Program-made: the position numbers and the translations under genes
DNA from: Moniliella sp. 'wahieum'
Lineage: Eukaryota
Direction of reading: 5' to 3'
Assembly (NCBI GenBank): GCA_003971905.1
Contig: RSEE01000063.1
Span: 1-64,000, forward strand
DNA length: 64,000 nucleotides
Notes under the pieces: generated by a model
Seen by the model: the letters and a program-made list of their open reading frames with translations, nothing else
What the model was told of the DNA's origin: nothing
Database searches by the model: none
Shown: in pieces, positions 1 to 13,500 of the stretch
Numbering within the stretch: position 1 is the first letter of the stretch
How the letters are laid out: each line of letters opens with the position of its first letter

Positions 1-19
1 CCTAACCCTAACCCTAACC
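1..19 (+). repeat. Telomeric repeat (CCCTAA)n, about 3 units at the window end
   Basis: CCTAACCCTAACCCTAACC at 1-19 is the C-rich strand of the TTAGGG telomere, in the orientation expected for a left chromosome end. Confidence 0.85.
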
Positions 20-192
20 AAGTCGTCCTGCGCGCCCGTAGTGATGGAGCCAAAGAAAATTTCTTCACTCACCCGTCCGCCGAGCGTCATGCACATCCGA
101 TCCGTCAACTGTTCCGTAGAGAAGAGGAATTTCTCCTTGGGCAAGTACTGGGCATAGCCCAACGCACCCACCCCGCGCGGGATGATGCTCAC
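20..192 (-). pseudogene. AFG3: Distal fragment of the m-AAA protease gene (peptidase M41 domain), truncated by the telomere
   Basis: Minus strand reads [58 protein letters not shown], the direct continuation of ...HADPLLKV on the other side of the retrotransposon. Confidence 0.93.
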
Positions 193-351
193 TGTTGACA
201 TCCGTCCTAGGACCGCGCGGACCCTGAGTCACGTGAGTCAGCTTTCATTCCTTCCGAGCTCGCACCAGTCTTCTGGACGAGTCAGTCGCAGAAGCTTCTT
301 AGTCAATACGACGTTCAGTGCTCACATTCTGTGGTAGTAGCGAGGCCGACA
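193..351 (+). repeat. 5' LTR (159 bp)
   Basis: TGTTGACA...GGCCGACA; identical to 5088-5245 apart from one C indel near the 3' end. Confidence 0.95.
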
Positions 352-405
352 GAGTTACATCCTTATCTGCTCATCCCTGAGCTGGCCAAAACTACACCCA
401 CAACC

Positions 406-1654
406 ATGGGCGCCAACGCTAACACCGATCTCTCGGTCAGCGACACCACAATGGTGAACAAGCGCGATTACTGGACACCAACCGGTCGCGATCCGCCACC
501 GATTGGCACCGACAACGAGGAACTCATGATGCTTTGCGCCGAAGCGCACCTGTGGTTCAAGAAGACGAACGACATCGATGTCGTTAAAGAGAAGATCAAC
601 AGAGCTATACACGACAGAGCCGAGTGGCTTGGATGGAAGGACGAACCTACGTCTATCACGACAAACTGGGTTCGACGGGCTACGAATTTTGTGGTGCAAA
701 ACATCCACCAAATGGAAACTCAACCCAACGCAACTTTGGGGGCACCTACAGGCGCAGCCTCGCGACCCGAGTACGACCTTTACAGATCACTACGCGAGTC
801 TCCCACCAAGAATATCAAGTGGCCTGATCTGAACAAAGACCCGTCCGCCTACAGCGCTTGGGAAGACGAATTTCTCTTCGCGATAACAGATGCCCACCCC
901 CACGCAAGCGACGTCGTCCAGAATGGTCGCAGCTCCCGCTACTTCACCGAGGACCTCGACAGACGCTTGCACAACCTTCTTAGGGAAGCCATGCCGTCAA
1001 CCCTCTTCCGGACGATCCGCACCCACCACGAAATATCATGCACCCAGGACACGCTGAACATGCTGCGTCAGCGGTATGGATATACGCCTACCGCAAACAG
1101 AGGGCCTCTACTCATTCGCTACTTTTCGGCCGACCAAGGAAACCGATCGGGTCGAGACTACCTCGACTACATGGAAGAGATCAGTGCAAGCCTGACGCGA
1201 GCGGGCATCCCACTTACGGAAGAGCAGGAACGCACTGGGATCCTACTCGGCTTACGCGACATGAGCATTCGCCAGCGTGAAGAGCGCTCGAGTCTAGACA
1301 AGTTACGGCAGGCCGTGATGGACATACCAGCCGCCACGTATCCCGGTGGAGAAAGGAAGAGAAACGGAGGCAAGCCGGTCACAAGGAGGAACGCCTTGGA
1401 CTCGACCCGACAGCGGGGGACGACCCACCAGCGGGGGAAAAAACTCCAGCGGGGGCAAAGCCGGCGACGACAACCTCGCGGACACAAAGACCAAGGGGCA
1501 AGACCGCACCAACCAACCCTGGCGCAGCGCGACGTCTAATAAACCTGTTGTCCCTCCGCGCAACCCAGGCCGAGCCAACGCTCACGTCGCTCAGAGAGCG
1601 AGCTCTCCCGAGTCTGAAGTGATTGACGTTGATGCGGGCACAGCTGACTACTAG
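406..1654 (+). CDS. gag: Retrotransposon Gag (one frame change between about 1346 and 1539; ends at TAG 1652-1654)
   Basis: First ATG after the LTR is in ACCATGG context; copia-type capsid features (YSAWEDEF, TLNMLRQRYG, DYLDYMEEISASLTRAG); C-terminus supplied by ORF 1346..1654. Confidence 0.8.
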
Positions 1655-4600
1655 GAACTCGGGGGCGAAATGCGAATCATCCGGGCATTATATGACAGTG
1701 GGGCATTCCCATCCATTTGGAAAGACAAATCCGTCTTCACATCCATGACCCCTTGCGACGACGAGATAGAGGTTGCTAACGGGACACATGTAAAGGCGGA
1801 AGGACGAGGCACGGCCACAATCCGTATCCGATGCTTAGGAGGACACCAAATGGAGATAAAACTCCCCAACAGCCTATACATGCCCCGTTTCAGCCGAAAT
1901 CTCGTCAGTGTAGCACACCTGTCGAACACCGGAATCGCATCATACTTCGCCCCACACCAGAAGGGTATCTGGCTTGGTAACCCAGGATCCACCCTACGAA
2001 AAGTAACCGGCAGTGACTATCAATTCACGATCTTACACAACCCGCGAACGCCACCCACACCCCTGCGGGCCATGGCGACCAAACCGATCAAACCGGCCGA
2101 CCCACCCTCAACCCCAAACTCCCTCGCAGCATCCCTGGCCCTGGACCACGTCTCTAAAGCCCACAAACGCTGGAACCACGCAGCCATCGACCTCCTCCCC
2201 TGGCTTACACGATCGGAAACCGCAGGCCTCCGCGTCACAGCCAAGCATATCTCCCTCTGTCGTTCAGAGTGGGATTGCCCAACATGCGCGGTGGCACTAG
2301 CGACAGCATCGCCCCATCCGAGCCGGGACCGCCTCCGATCCAAAAGACCTTTCGAGGTCCTCCACGTCGACGTAGTAGACCTCCCCCGGGTAACCGGCAT
2401 GGGGCACGGATACGCCCTCGTCGCCGTTGATGACTTCACGCGGTACGTCTTCACCACAGCGATCCCGACAAAGGGCGCTGCAACGAAGGAACTGCGGAAC
2501 CTCATATTGCGGGAGCAACGCTACGGCCCGGACAGACTGCTGCGGACTTTGCGCACGGACAACGCCCCCGAATTGACAAGCGCACTGCAACCTTTTCTGG
2601 ACGAGCAAGGCATCACGTCAGAACGGACAATCCCGGGGCAGAGTGCTAGCAACGGTGTGGCTGAGCGTGCCATCCGAACCATAACGACTCGTGCAAGGCA
2701 GTTGCTCTTGGGTACAGGTCTTCCGACGTCGGACTGGTGGGAACACAGCCTCCACGCTGCGTGCTTCACCCAAAACCAAATGCCACTCAAAACATCCGGG
2801 GAAGACAACAAATCGCGATTTGAGCGATACAAAGGCCACGCATACTCGTTACCGATGCAACCCTTTGGCCGCGTTGCATACCTCCATCTGCCCGAGTCAC
2901 GCCGCGAGCACAAGCTCAGCGCGGGGCAGAGGAAGGTATGCTGGTAGGATACCACCATCAGCGCGGATCAAAGGGATGGCTCTTCGCCACATACCAACCA
3001 TCCCTGGGTACCTTCACCTACCGCTGGTCGAAACCGTACAAATGGGGCAACGCCATCTACCCCCATCTCCACCCCGACCACTTCCCACCCGACATCTCCA
3101 AATCACCTCAAATTAAAATCGACAGTGAAAAAGACGCTAACCCTACTCCGCCAGCCGCGGCAGCACCCATGCCCCGAACCGCCGCCACACCCCAGACACC
3201 CGCTCCCACCACCACCCCCCCTCCGCGCCGCTACCCCTCCGCCAGCGCACCACCCGCACCTCCCTCGACCTGCACACACTCCCAATCGCTGACGACCCCA
3301 CCGACACGACCTACCATGCTCGTGCTGCAGCCGCCACGCCCCACTGCGCCGCACCAGAGATCGGCATCGCCCGCCCCCTACCTGACACATCCGCCCCCCG
3401 TTTGCCGACACAGTTCAACCTCCCGAATACGCCGCCATGACTGCTCTCAGCGCACCCATCCACCCGGACACGGTTCAGCTCACCAAGGATGGCGTACCCC
3501 TCGCTCCCAAGACGCTCAAGGGTCTCGAGACTCACCCCTCCTTTGCCATGGTCAAGCAGGCTATGGCCGACGAGGTGGCCACACTCGCGCGATACGGCAC
3601 CTACGAGGCTACGTACCCACCACCGGGTGCACAAATCCTCATAGGACTATGGCGCATCACCACAAAGACGGACGCCGAGGGCCGGTTCCTGCGCCACCGC
3701 GCGCGCTTTGTCGCGGGCGGACACCAACAATCGGCCGAGACTTGGGGCCAGACGTTCGCACCATCGGTGCGCACACCTGCCATCCTGACCCTCGTCGTGC
3801 TGGCCGAGAAGTATAAGTTTGGCCTCTTCTCGGCGGACGTCAATGCAGCGTACCTGAACGCCCCCCTCGAAGAAGCAGTCTACATCCGCCCACCCCCTAC
3901 TTCCCCGAAGCGGGTGGTCGCGTGTGGCGTCTCAAGAAGAGTCTATACGGGCTACATCAGAGCGGAGCAAACTGGGCACGATACATCCGGAACCTGCTGC
4001 GTGACAAGCTCGGCTTCACGCAAAGCTTGACCGAGCCCTGCTTGTTCGTGCGCGCTGCACCACCGGGTGAGCAGATCCTCCTGGCGGTCCACACCGACGA
4101 TCTGCTCCTCGCATGCAAGTCACACCAAAAGTACGAGGAGTTTATGGCCGAGATAAACACACACATTGATGTTCGTGGTAACGGTCCCCTTCACTACCAC
4201 CTGGGATGCCAATACGATCGGATCGGTGGGGAGCTGTACCTGAGCCAACCAAAGTTCATCGAGGAAGTGGTGGCAAAGCACCACATCAAAGCCCCGTGGA
4301 TCCGGACTCTCCCACATCCCGTACGGATGATACCGCCCCGTGCCGACCCTGAACCCCCATCCCTCCCAGCCTTGCGCAAGGCATATCAGGGGAAGATCGG
4401 ATCGGGACTGTGGGCTGCACGAATGGGCCGGCCTGACTCCCTCTTCGCTATCACGGCCCTCAGCAGAGCCGCTGCCGACCCATCGCAGCAGCATCATCAA
4501 GCAGTCGATGACTTCCTTCGCTACCTGTACCATACTCGAGGAAAGGGCCTGAGGTTGACCCCAACATCAGATGCACCGGCCATTGCGCTGTATACAGATT

Positions 4601-5232
4601 CCGACTTGGCGGGAGATCCCATCCAGGCACGCTCCACATCTGGATGCCTACTGATGGTGTACGGTGTGCCGGTGTCGTGGCGATCCATTCTTCAGCCGAA
4701 GAGCGTTACCAGTACCGCCGCCGCCGAATATACGGCAGGATATGATGGACTGGTTGACGCCAACTATGTCAAGAACATCATGATCGAGCTTGGGGCCATC
4801 GGCGAGGGTACACCCATTCATTGGTATTGCGACAATAAGTCTGTCGTCGATCTCGCCCACAAATTTGGCAGCACCGGCAAGCTCCGAGAGCTGAAGATCC
4901 GGTACCACAATGTACGGCAACACGTGGACTCGGGCGAGGCCATACTTGTACACATCCCCGGCGAAAGGAACCCAGCGGACGTCCTCACCAAGCCTCTCGG
5001 CCGTCCCGCCCTGACAAGCCATCTTGCTCAACTCCGCGTCGAGGAGATGGATCCAGTCCACATGACTGGGCCCTCCGGTCAGCGGGGTGTTGACATCCGT
5101 CCTAGGACCGCGCGGACCCTGAGTCACGTGAGTCAGCTTTCATTCCTTCCGAGCTCGCACCAGTCTTCTGGACGAGTCAGTCGCAGAAGCTTCTTAGTCA
5201 ATACGACGTTCAGTGCTCACATTCTGTGGTAG
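1655..5232 (+). CDS. pol: Retrotransposon Pol: protease, integrase, reverse transcriptase, RNase H (several frameshifts)
   Basis: PR LYDSGA; IN HHCC (HKRWNH...CPTC) and DDE core (LHVD, LRTDN, NGVAER); RT ([36 protein letters not shown]); RNase H ([26 protein letters not shown]). Confidence 0.93.
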
Positions 5233-5245
5233 TAGCGAGGCGACA
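5088..5245 (+). repeat. 3' LTR (158 bp)
   Basis: Direct repeat of 193-351, followed by the TSD CTCAC. Confidence 0.95.
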
Positions 5246-6997
<1,752 letters not shown>

Positions 6998-7308
6998 GCA
7001 GGGCAGGGCGGCAGAGACGACACGGTGGAGGGCAGCCAAGCGAATGGAATGGCGCTGCGGCGTCTGGGGTGGGCCTCCCGTCGCTTAGTAGGCCTAGTCA
7101 GCCCATCCCAGCCCCATCCGCTGGCAGCGCCCCCGCTGGCGCCACGTCACGCCGGGTGGTCCGTGCCATTACGTCACACCTGCGCAGCTACTCCTGGCAT
7201 GCGATTCTCGATTACGTGGGCACCCATCCAACCTTCGCATTTCAGTCAGGACCCCTCAGTGGGGCTAACGTACCTGATATCTGGCCTGCACACCCACCCC
7301 CCACACCA

Positions 7309-7331
7309 ACACACACACACACACACACACA
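7309..7331. repeat. (AC)n microsatellite
   Basis: About 11 consecutive AC units. Confidence 0.9.
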
Positions 7332-7890
7332 GATGTCTGGTTGGATGCATAATCAACCACACGGCAGTCGCATCTCGGGTCACACAACGAGCGGCAACAG
7401 AAGGAAAGACAGGCGAGCGGGCAACAGCACACAGCGGGGATACGCAAAGCATACCGGGGCGCATGGCCAGCTTACCCCGCTCGTACTGGCCCTGGCTGGC
7501 CACAAACAGGTGCCGCGGAACTAGAAAACGAAGGCATGAGCAAGCAGGAGGCAGGGCACACTCGCGTGGGACGTGGGTGGAAATCAGGAGGAGACTGGAA
7601 ACTGGAAGCTTCAAGCTTGAAGCGTATACTTGCAATGCAGGATCGGAGATCTTGGGTTTGATATCTTGAGAGTGAAAAGTGAGGTGGTGATCGATGAGAC
7701 TTGAGAAGAGCTTGAACTTGAGTAGCTGTCAAATACAGCAGGGGGGGTGGGCATTGAAGTGGGGTAGTAATGCATGGAGCACGGGCGTCAAAAGTCAAAC
7801 AGAACCAAATTGCTCTCGTGCTCTCGTGCTCTCGTCCGGGCCCAGGCAGCATGGGACCAAGAGCGCACTACTCAGGGTCATACATCTTGC

Positions 7891-9401
7891 CTATCCACCA
7901 CGATCGTGGGCCCCGCGCGGGCCGTTGACAAGGCAGTGGACTGGATCAAGGGTGAGGAGGGGGTTGGTGGGGGAAAGTGGCATGTCCGTTTTCATCATCG
8001 CTGCGCCGTCGGGAAGAGCACAGTGACCAGGGGGGAGAGCACGGTGGGTGGAAGGGGTATAGGGTCCTGGGTCATAGTCGTCCGTCGTGGTCGTGCCCAC
8101 GGTTTGGGGCGTAGGCCACAGCCCGCCCAACGGAGGGGTGATGGGGGTGTCCGACCCCGAGCTGCGCCCGCGAGCGGGCGGGGGGGGTAGCCATCAGACT
8201 GGGGGGCGAAGGCAGGGTGGCGGTCAAGAGGGCCATCGAGGCATGCTGATGCACCCTGCGGAACGCCTGCTGCACAGCAAGATATGCTGCTGGGAAACAA
8301 CTGCCGGACCAACGGGGACACATCCTCATTCCGCAGCGCATGGTGCAGCGCCAACACCGCCTCGCATGCCAACGGGTCCAGCTCGTCGTAGACGCGACTG
8401 ATTGCAGAGGCCACGGGACCAGAGGGGGAGAGAATATCGGCTAACCAGAGCGCGCCTACCGTGACTGAGCTGGGGGGCAGCGGCACAAACTCCCGCTGGT
8501 ACAAGCTCACATGAAGAGCCAGGCGAGCCACCGCAATCACCCGGCTGGGTTCTTCTCATGCAGCAACGCAGGATCACCAGCAAGGTACATGCGCAACCAA
8601 GCCTCATGCGATGGACGCCCAATAGCGTAGCGCAGGGTAGAGAGCATATGTGCCTCCATTTGGTAGAACGCCGACTGATCTAGCGAGTTACAACACATGG
8701 CCACCAGCTCGATGGGGGTAGGAACCGCATCCTTATCATCCTCGTACTTGGCCGCAATCCACATTGCCACAGCCCCGGCCAGCTGGTAGTGACGCTTGAG
8801 GACCACTCGCTTGCTAAGGTACCGATCCAGTACGCCCACCGCCACATAGAGCGTCTCGGGACGAAACTCAAACATGGCGTGCATCTCGATCATAAAGTCC
8901 AAACATACGGGCGTAGGCGCCAGGTGACTTCGGGCTGGCTGTCCATCATGGCCAAGGTGGGACAAGTGGCATCCTGCAGCGCAGCATCCACCAGCGAATC
9001 CGGTCAGTTTCATCCCGAAAATGCATCGTGGGAGTGATCGGATCGAGTGCGCACCTCCATCTTGAGCATGTGGGCCACCACCTCGCTGTGGTATTCGAGG
9101 TCCACATAGTCCTCCGTCTCGGACAAGAGCGAGACACGTCGGTGATCATGTCGGTCACAGGCGTTGGTATCGGGTACAGGTGAGGAGGAAAGACGAAGAG
9201 AAAGACGAGAAGTGGGAATGGTGGACGGAAGAAGGGGAGTATGGCGCGGGGCCAGGGGGCACGGAGACAACATGTGGCACGGCCTGGACAGCCGGTTGGG
9301 GGACCGAAGCGGTGCGGCGCGCGTGAGACAACACAGCAGAGTGACGTTTGGATGCGGTCTTGAGGCTACCGCAGCGAGCTGAGGCGCGGGGTGCTGGACA
9401 T
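7891..9401 (-). CDS. G1/S-type cyclin (Cln1/Puc1-like); intron about 8974-9054; ends approximate
   Basis: Cyclin box QPEVTWRLRPY..DFMIEMHAMFEFRPETLYVAVGVLDRYLSKRVVLKRHYQLAGAVAMWIAAKYED and FYQMEAHMLSTL; GTGCGC...CTGCAG intron; PEST-like tail. Confidence 0.85.
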
Positions 9402-10576
9402 GCTGTGGCTGTGGGTTCGTGCAAGACGTGAGTCGGTGCTGAGGGCCATCATAGTGATCGCAGTGGGACGGGGAGGGAGGGAGCGTGGGGGGGGGGGAGC
9501 GGAGGAGGAAAGTAACGAGCGTGGATGGCGGGAGCGCACGGAGAGGGAGGTGGCCCTCTCGGCCAGTGAAAAGCAGAAGAGCAGAAGAGAAAGAAAAGAA
9601 GAAGAGAGGAAGAGTGGAGGTGGAGGCGGAACGGTGGTGGTGGTGGTGGTGGTGGCTGGGGTGGGCAGAAAAGGCAGAAAGAAAGGAGAAGGCAGGTGGA
9701 GTGGCTGGTGCACACTGGCGCCGTGCGATGCGTGGTGCCAGGGTCCATTTGCCGAGCCGCGCAGGAGACCAGTGAGGCCCGGCGATGGCCGTGCGCGTAC
9801 TGCCCCGTGCATCGGATGCCCGCGTTCCTGCAGAGTGGGCCAGGTGGGGGAGTGGCGCAGTGCGGGTGGTGGCAGTGCTGGCTGCATCCCACACGGCCAC
9901 CCACCCACCACCGGCCACCCGCCAGCCACAGCACTGCAGCGCAGCGCCTCGGCTGATTAATCGATGGCTCGCTTGTGTCCAATACCCATCGACCATCCAT
10001 CATCGACAGATCAGCGACCATCCACACGCGGGTAGTTGGCCTGCGCACACACGCTTTCCTGCTGCCTGGGGGTGATCTGCGCTCGCTTCTCCTCCGCTTC
10101 TTCCCCTTGACGTTTATGCCCCGCACCCCATTCCTGAGAGGCCAAGGCGACGGTGCTCGGGAAGAGACCCACAGGAGGGCCGAATGGCCAAGCGGGATAG
10201 TAGGCGAAAAGATACTGTCGCTAGACGAATTGCTATGCTGCCAGAAAAGTGGTCCATGCTCGGTTGATGGGATTATCGCATCTCTCCCGCGTGCGTCCTC
10301 CTACTCCGCCCAGTACGGGCGGCAAGCAGCCCTCCTTCAGAACGCCGTGGGGACTACATCCTTGTTTTCCGGTGCAGTATGTCCATCCTTCGACCAACGG
10401 TCCAGCTGCAGCCGGCTGCCGCGTCCAGTGGATACGCCGATCAAGCCACGCAAGCATGCTGCAAACCTGTTGGACCGTGTCTGTTCCATCGCCCATTCCA
10501 TCCATCCCTCCAGTCCATGTGGATTGCCACACACGACACGCCACCCTCACACACCTCCTCCACCTGCCCACCCGCC

Positions 10577-13500
10577 TCAAGGGTGCAGGAACTCAATCAG
10601 ATCCTCTTTGAACGTCTCGCGCACCAGCGAATCTCTCTCCGTCGCAGATCCTCCCGCAGCGCAATTCGTCGAGCGAGTGCTTGCCATTAAGGTAGGGCAG
10701 GATGCGCCGCAGCACCGCCGCCGCCGCCGAGCCACGACCACTCTCCATCTTCCCGCCAGCGGGGCATCGGTGGATCAGGCATGTCAGGCACCTCGCCGTC
10801 GCGTCGACTCGGTTCGCCTTGCTGCGCACGCTCCATCAAAGTCCACCACTCGCCCTCGAACCAGGTCATCTGCGTGGGCTCCTTGATGATAGTTGCCTCG
10901 TCAATAGGGATCGAGAGCCAATCCGACTCAGCCAACAGTTCCTCGGCCTCGAATAGCTTGGCTTCGGCCCCAGCGGGAGAGGGTGTGCTTACTGTCCCGT
11001 TTCCCCGGCCCCAGGGGGCACCGGCAAAGAGGCTCGACAGGCCCGTGGCGGCACTCATCGCGTTGGACTCGCCTCCCCGTTCGCCCCCGACATGGGGCGA
11101 GGGGGGATGAGAAAAGACTGGAGCAAGGCCCGGCTCTGGGCCGGGTCCGGGCCCTCGGGGGGCCGGGACAGGGCCGAGGCGGGACGAGCTGCCGAAAGTG
11201 CACTACCGACGGGTGCTCAGCGGAGTGAGGCCAAAGGCAGGTCTGGCTCGGCTGGGCGAATCGGCAGGAACGCGGTCATCTTGGTGAATGGCCACTTGCT
11301 CGTCCCCGCCAAACCCACGGATGACCTTGCGCGGACGCGAGATGGAGCGGGGTTGGTGGTGGGAAAGCAAGCGCACTGCCACCGGCTCACTCTGTACCGT
11401 GCCCAAGCTCCGGGAAGCGCCGGGTGACGCACTTCAGGGGAAGGATGGCCAGACCCGGTCCCAGTTCTGGCAGAGGGAAAAGGCGGTCCGGACGGAGGCT
11501 CGCGAGCGGTCGCTCGCTTGCCAAGTCGTCCACGCTGCATCAGCGACACGCCTGAGGGAGCGGGATTGGATTCGATGGGCTTGACGGGGATACGATCAAA
11601 CGTCAGTTCGGGCAAAGCTTCGGTAGTGGGCGGGCCGCGCAAGAGCGTGCCCAAGGTAGTTGATTGGGGCCCGACGAAGGACGAGCTGGTGGGCCCACGG
11701 CTAGATGGGAGCTGGGTAAGGGAACTGGAGAGTTTACGCTGCATGGGGACCCGTTGGGGCTCGACCGGATCAGGAAGAGGCACACCCATTGCCGAGGAGG
11801 CAGGGCCAGAGGAGGTGGAAGCGCTGGGATGGGCGCGGGCTCGGGCCTCGGCGCGAGCACGCGAATCTGTTCCTTGCTGGCCCGCCAAGCCGCCTTGATT
11901 TCGGGGCGGATCTGGATGCGGAGACGGACGTGCAACTGGACGATCACGTCGGCACGCAAGAGCCAAATCAGCGCACGGAGAGCAAGGGCTTTGACGATCG
12001 CGCCTAGGTTGCCTCCATGACGAATGTGGAGGCCTTGGCCACAGCATGCGCCTTGCCCCGTAGCATAAAGTCGGGGTGCTTGCTGAACGCCTGAGTCGAG
12101 CTGACAGGTCGGCCAGGAAAGCGGGAAAGGGGGGAGAACTGGGGCATGTCCCGTGCCCACGCCGACGCGTAGGTGGGCAGACTGGCAAGCAGGCGGGGAG
12201 TCAGACGGGGTCCGGACGAGGGAAAGAGGGACGGGGGGGGGGAGGGGAGGGACGCACTCGACCGGGTCTAGCAGCGGGGAGACCATAGATGTTCTTGATC
12301 CGCGGCACATCCACCACCTTGGCCTCGCGGTAGTAGATCAGGTGGCGCACCATGGGGTAAATGTCCTCGCATTGGCTCCAGCCGAGCAGGTCTTGCAGCT
12401 CGGCAAAGCTGGCGCAGTGTTAGTTTTCCCATCGCACAAGAATTGCCCATCGAACAAGAAAACGGCGGGAAGCGGGTACGTACGTGGGGATGCCCTCGGG
12501 CGTAGGGCGCAGCAGTCGGATAAACTGCTCGGCCCATGGTTCCATGCCGACGGCCTCTGCCCACATTTCGGCCGTGGGGGTCGGGAGAGCTGGGGCGAGT
12601 GCGGGCCATGGACAGGGACGTCGAAGCCAGTCCACGTGTCCACTGTCGGAGCGGGGGTGAGCACCATCTTCCGCCCAGTCGGCCGTGGGCGAAAGGATGT
12701 CGGGAATATGAAAGCAGAGTCGTCCATCATCAGCAGAGTCTTCCATGGCAGCAGGTACGGCCCAATGGTCCGCGTCCACTCCTCGTACATGAGCTCCTCG
12801 GGACGAAGCTGCATCATCGCTTCAAATGTATCTCCCATCCCCCAAACCAGCGAATCCGGAGCCCTTGAGCCACTCGGGATCGTTCGGGTCCAAGTCGGTC
12901 ACCACATCCTGCACCTTGTGCAGCACTGGTCCCAGTCGCAGGATGGGAGGCAACTGCAGATGAGCCTCGATGCGATTGTTGATGACCACCACAGCATCTT
13001 CGCCGGCCGAGATCTTGGTGAACACGTTCCGAAGGCTGCGGGCCAAAGAGGAGGTGGCCAAGGCTTGGTTTTGGAATTGCTTTAGGGAAAAGCCGAGGCG
13101 CATGCACTTCTCCTTGAGCACCACAAGCCGGTGGACTTCGGTGCCAACAAAGTTGACTCGTTCCTGCTCGGCATAGAGGGCGGCGGTCATCTTAAAGACA
13201 ACATTAGAGTATAAAAACTGCATGGCCAAGTTGGCATCCATAAACGGCATGTCCCACGACGGGTCTGGCCGGTCCAAAACGAGAACAAAATGGAAAAACT
13301 GCAGCCCACTCCCCGAGGCAGGCTCCTTCCTTCTCCGTGCCGAACGGGAGCGCGAACCAGAGGAAGAAAAAGAGTGCGAGCGAGAACTTGGTGTCTGTCC
13401 CATGTCAGCGGCGTCCCAGCCGGGATCAACAGGGAGAGGAGCCGTGTCGGCAGCCAAGTAATCGGTCGAGTTGCGCGCCATCGGTTGCCCCGTACCAGTC

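Larger units (their letters stand above)
193..5245 (+). mobile_element. Full-length Ty1/copia LTR retrotransposon (about 5.05 kb)
   Basis: Two LTRs with TG...CA ends; 5-bp TSD CTCAC at 188-192 and 5246-5250; domain order gag-PR-IN-RT-RNaseH; short purine tract AGCGGGG at 5081-5087 abutting the 3' LTR. Confidence 0.97.

Noticed and set aside
1346..1539. Programmed +1 frameshift inside gag
   Set aside because: No Ty1-type CTTAGGC in the overlap (CTTAGGG near 979 is far upstream), and indel errors are abundant in this window, so it is most likely an artefact.
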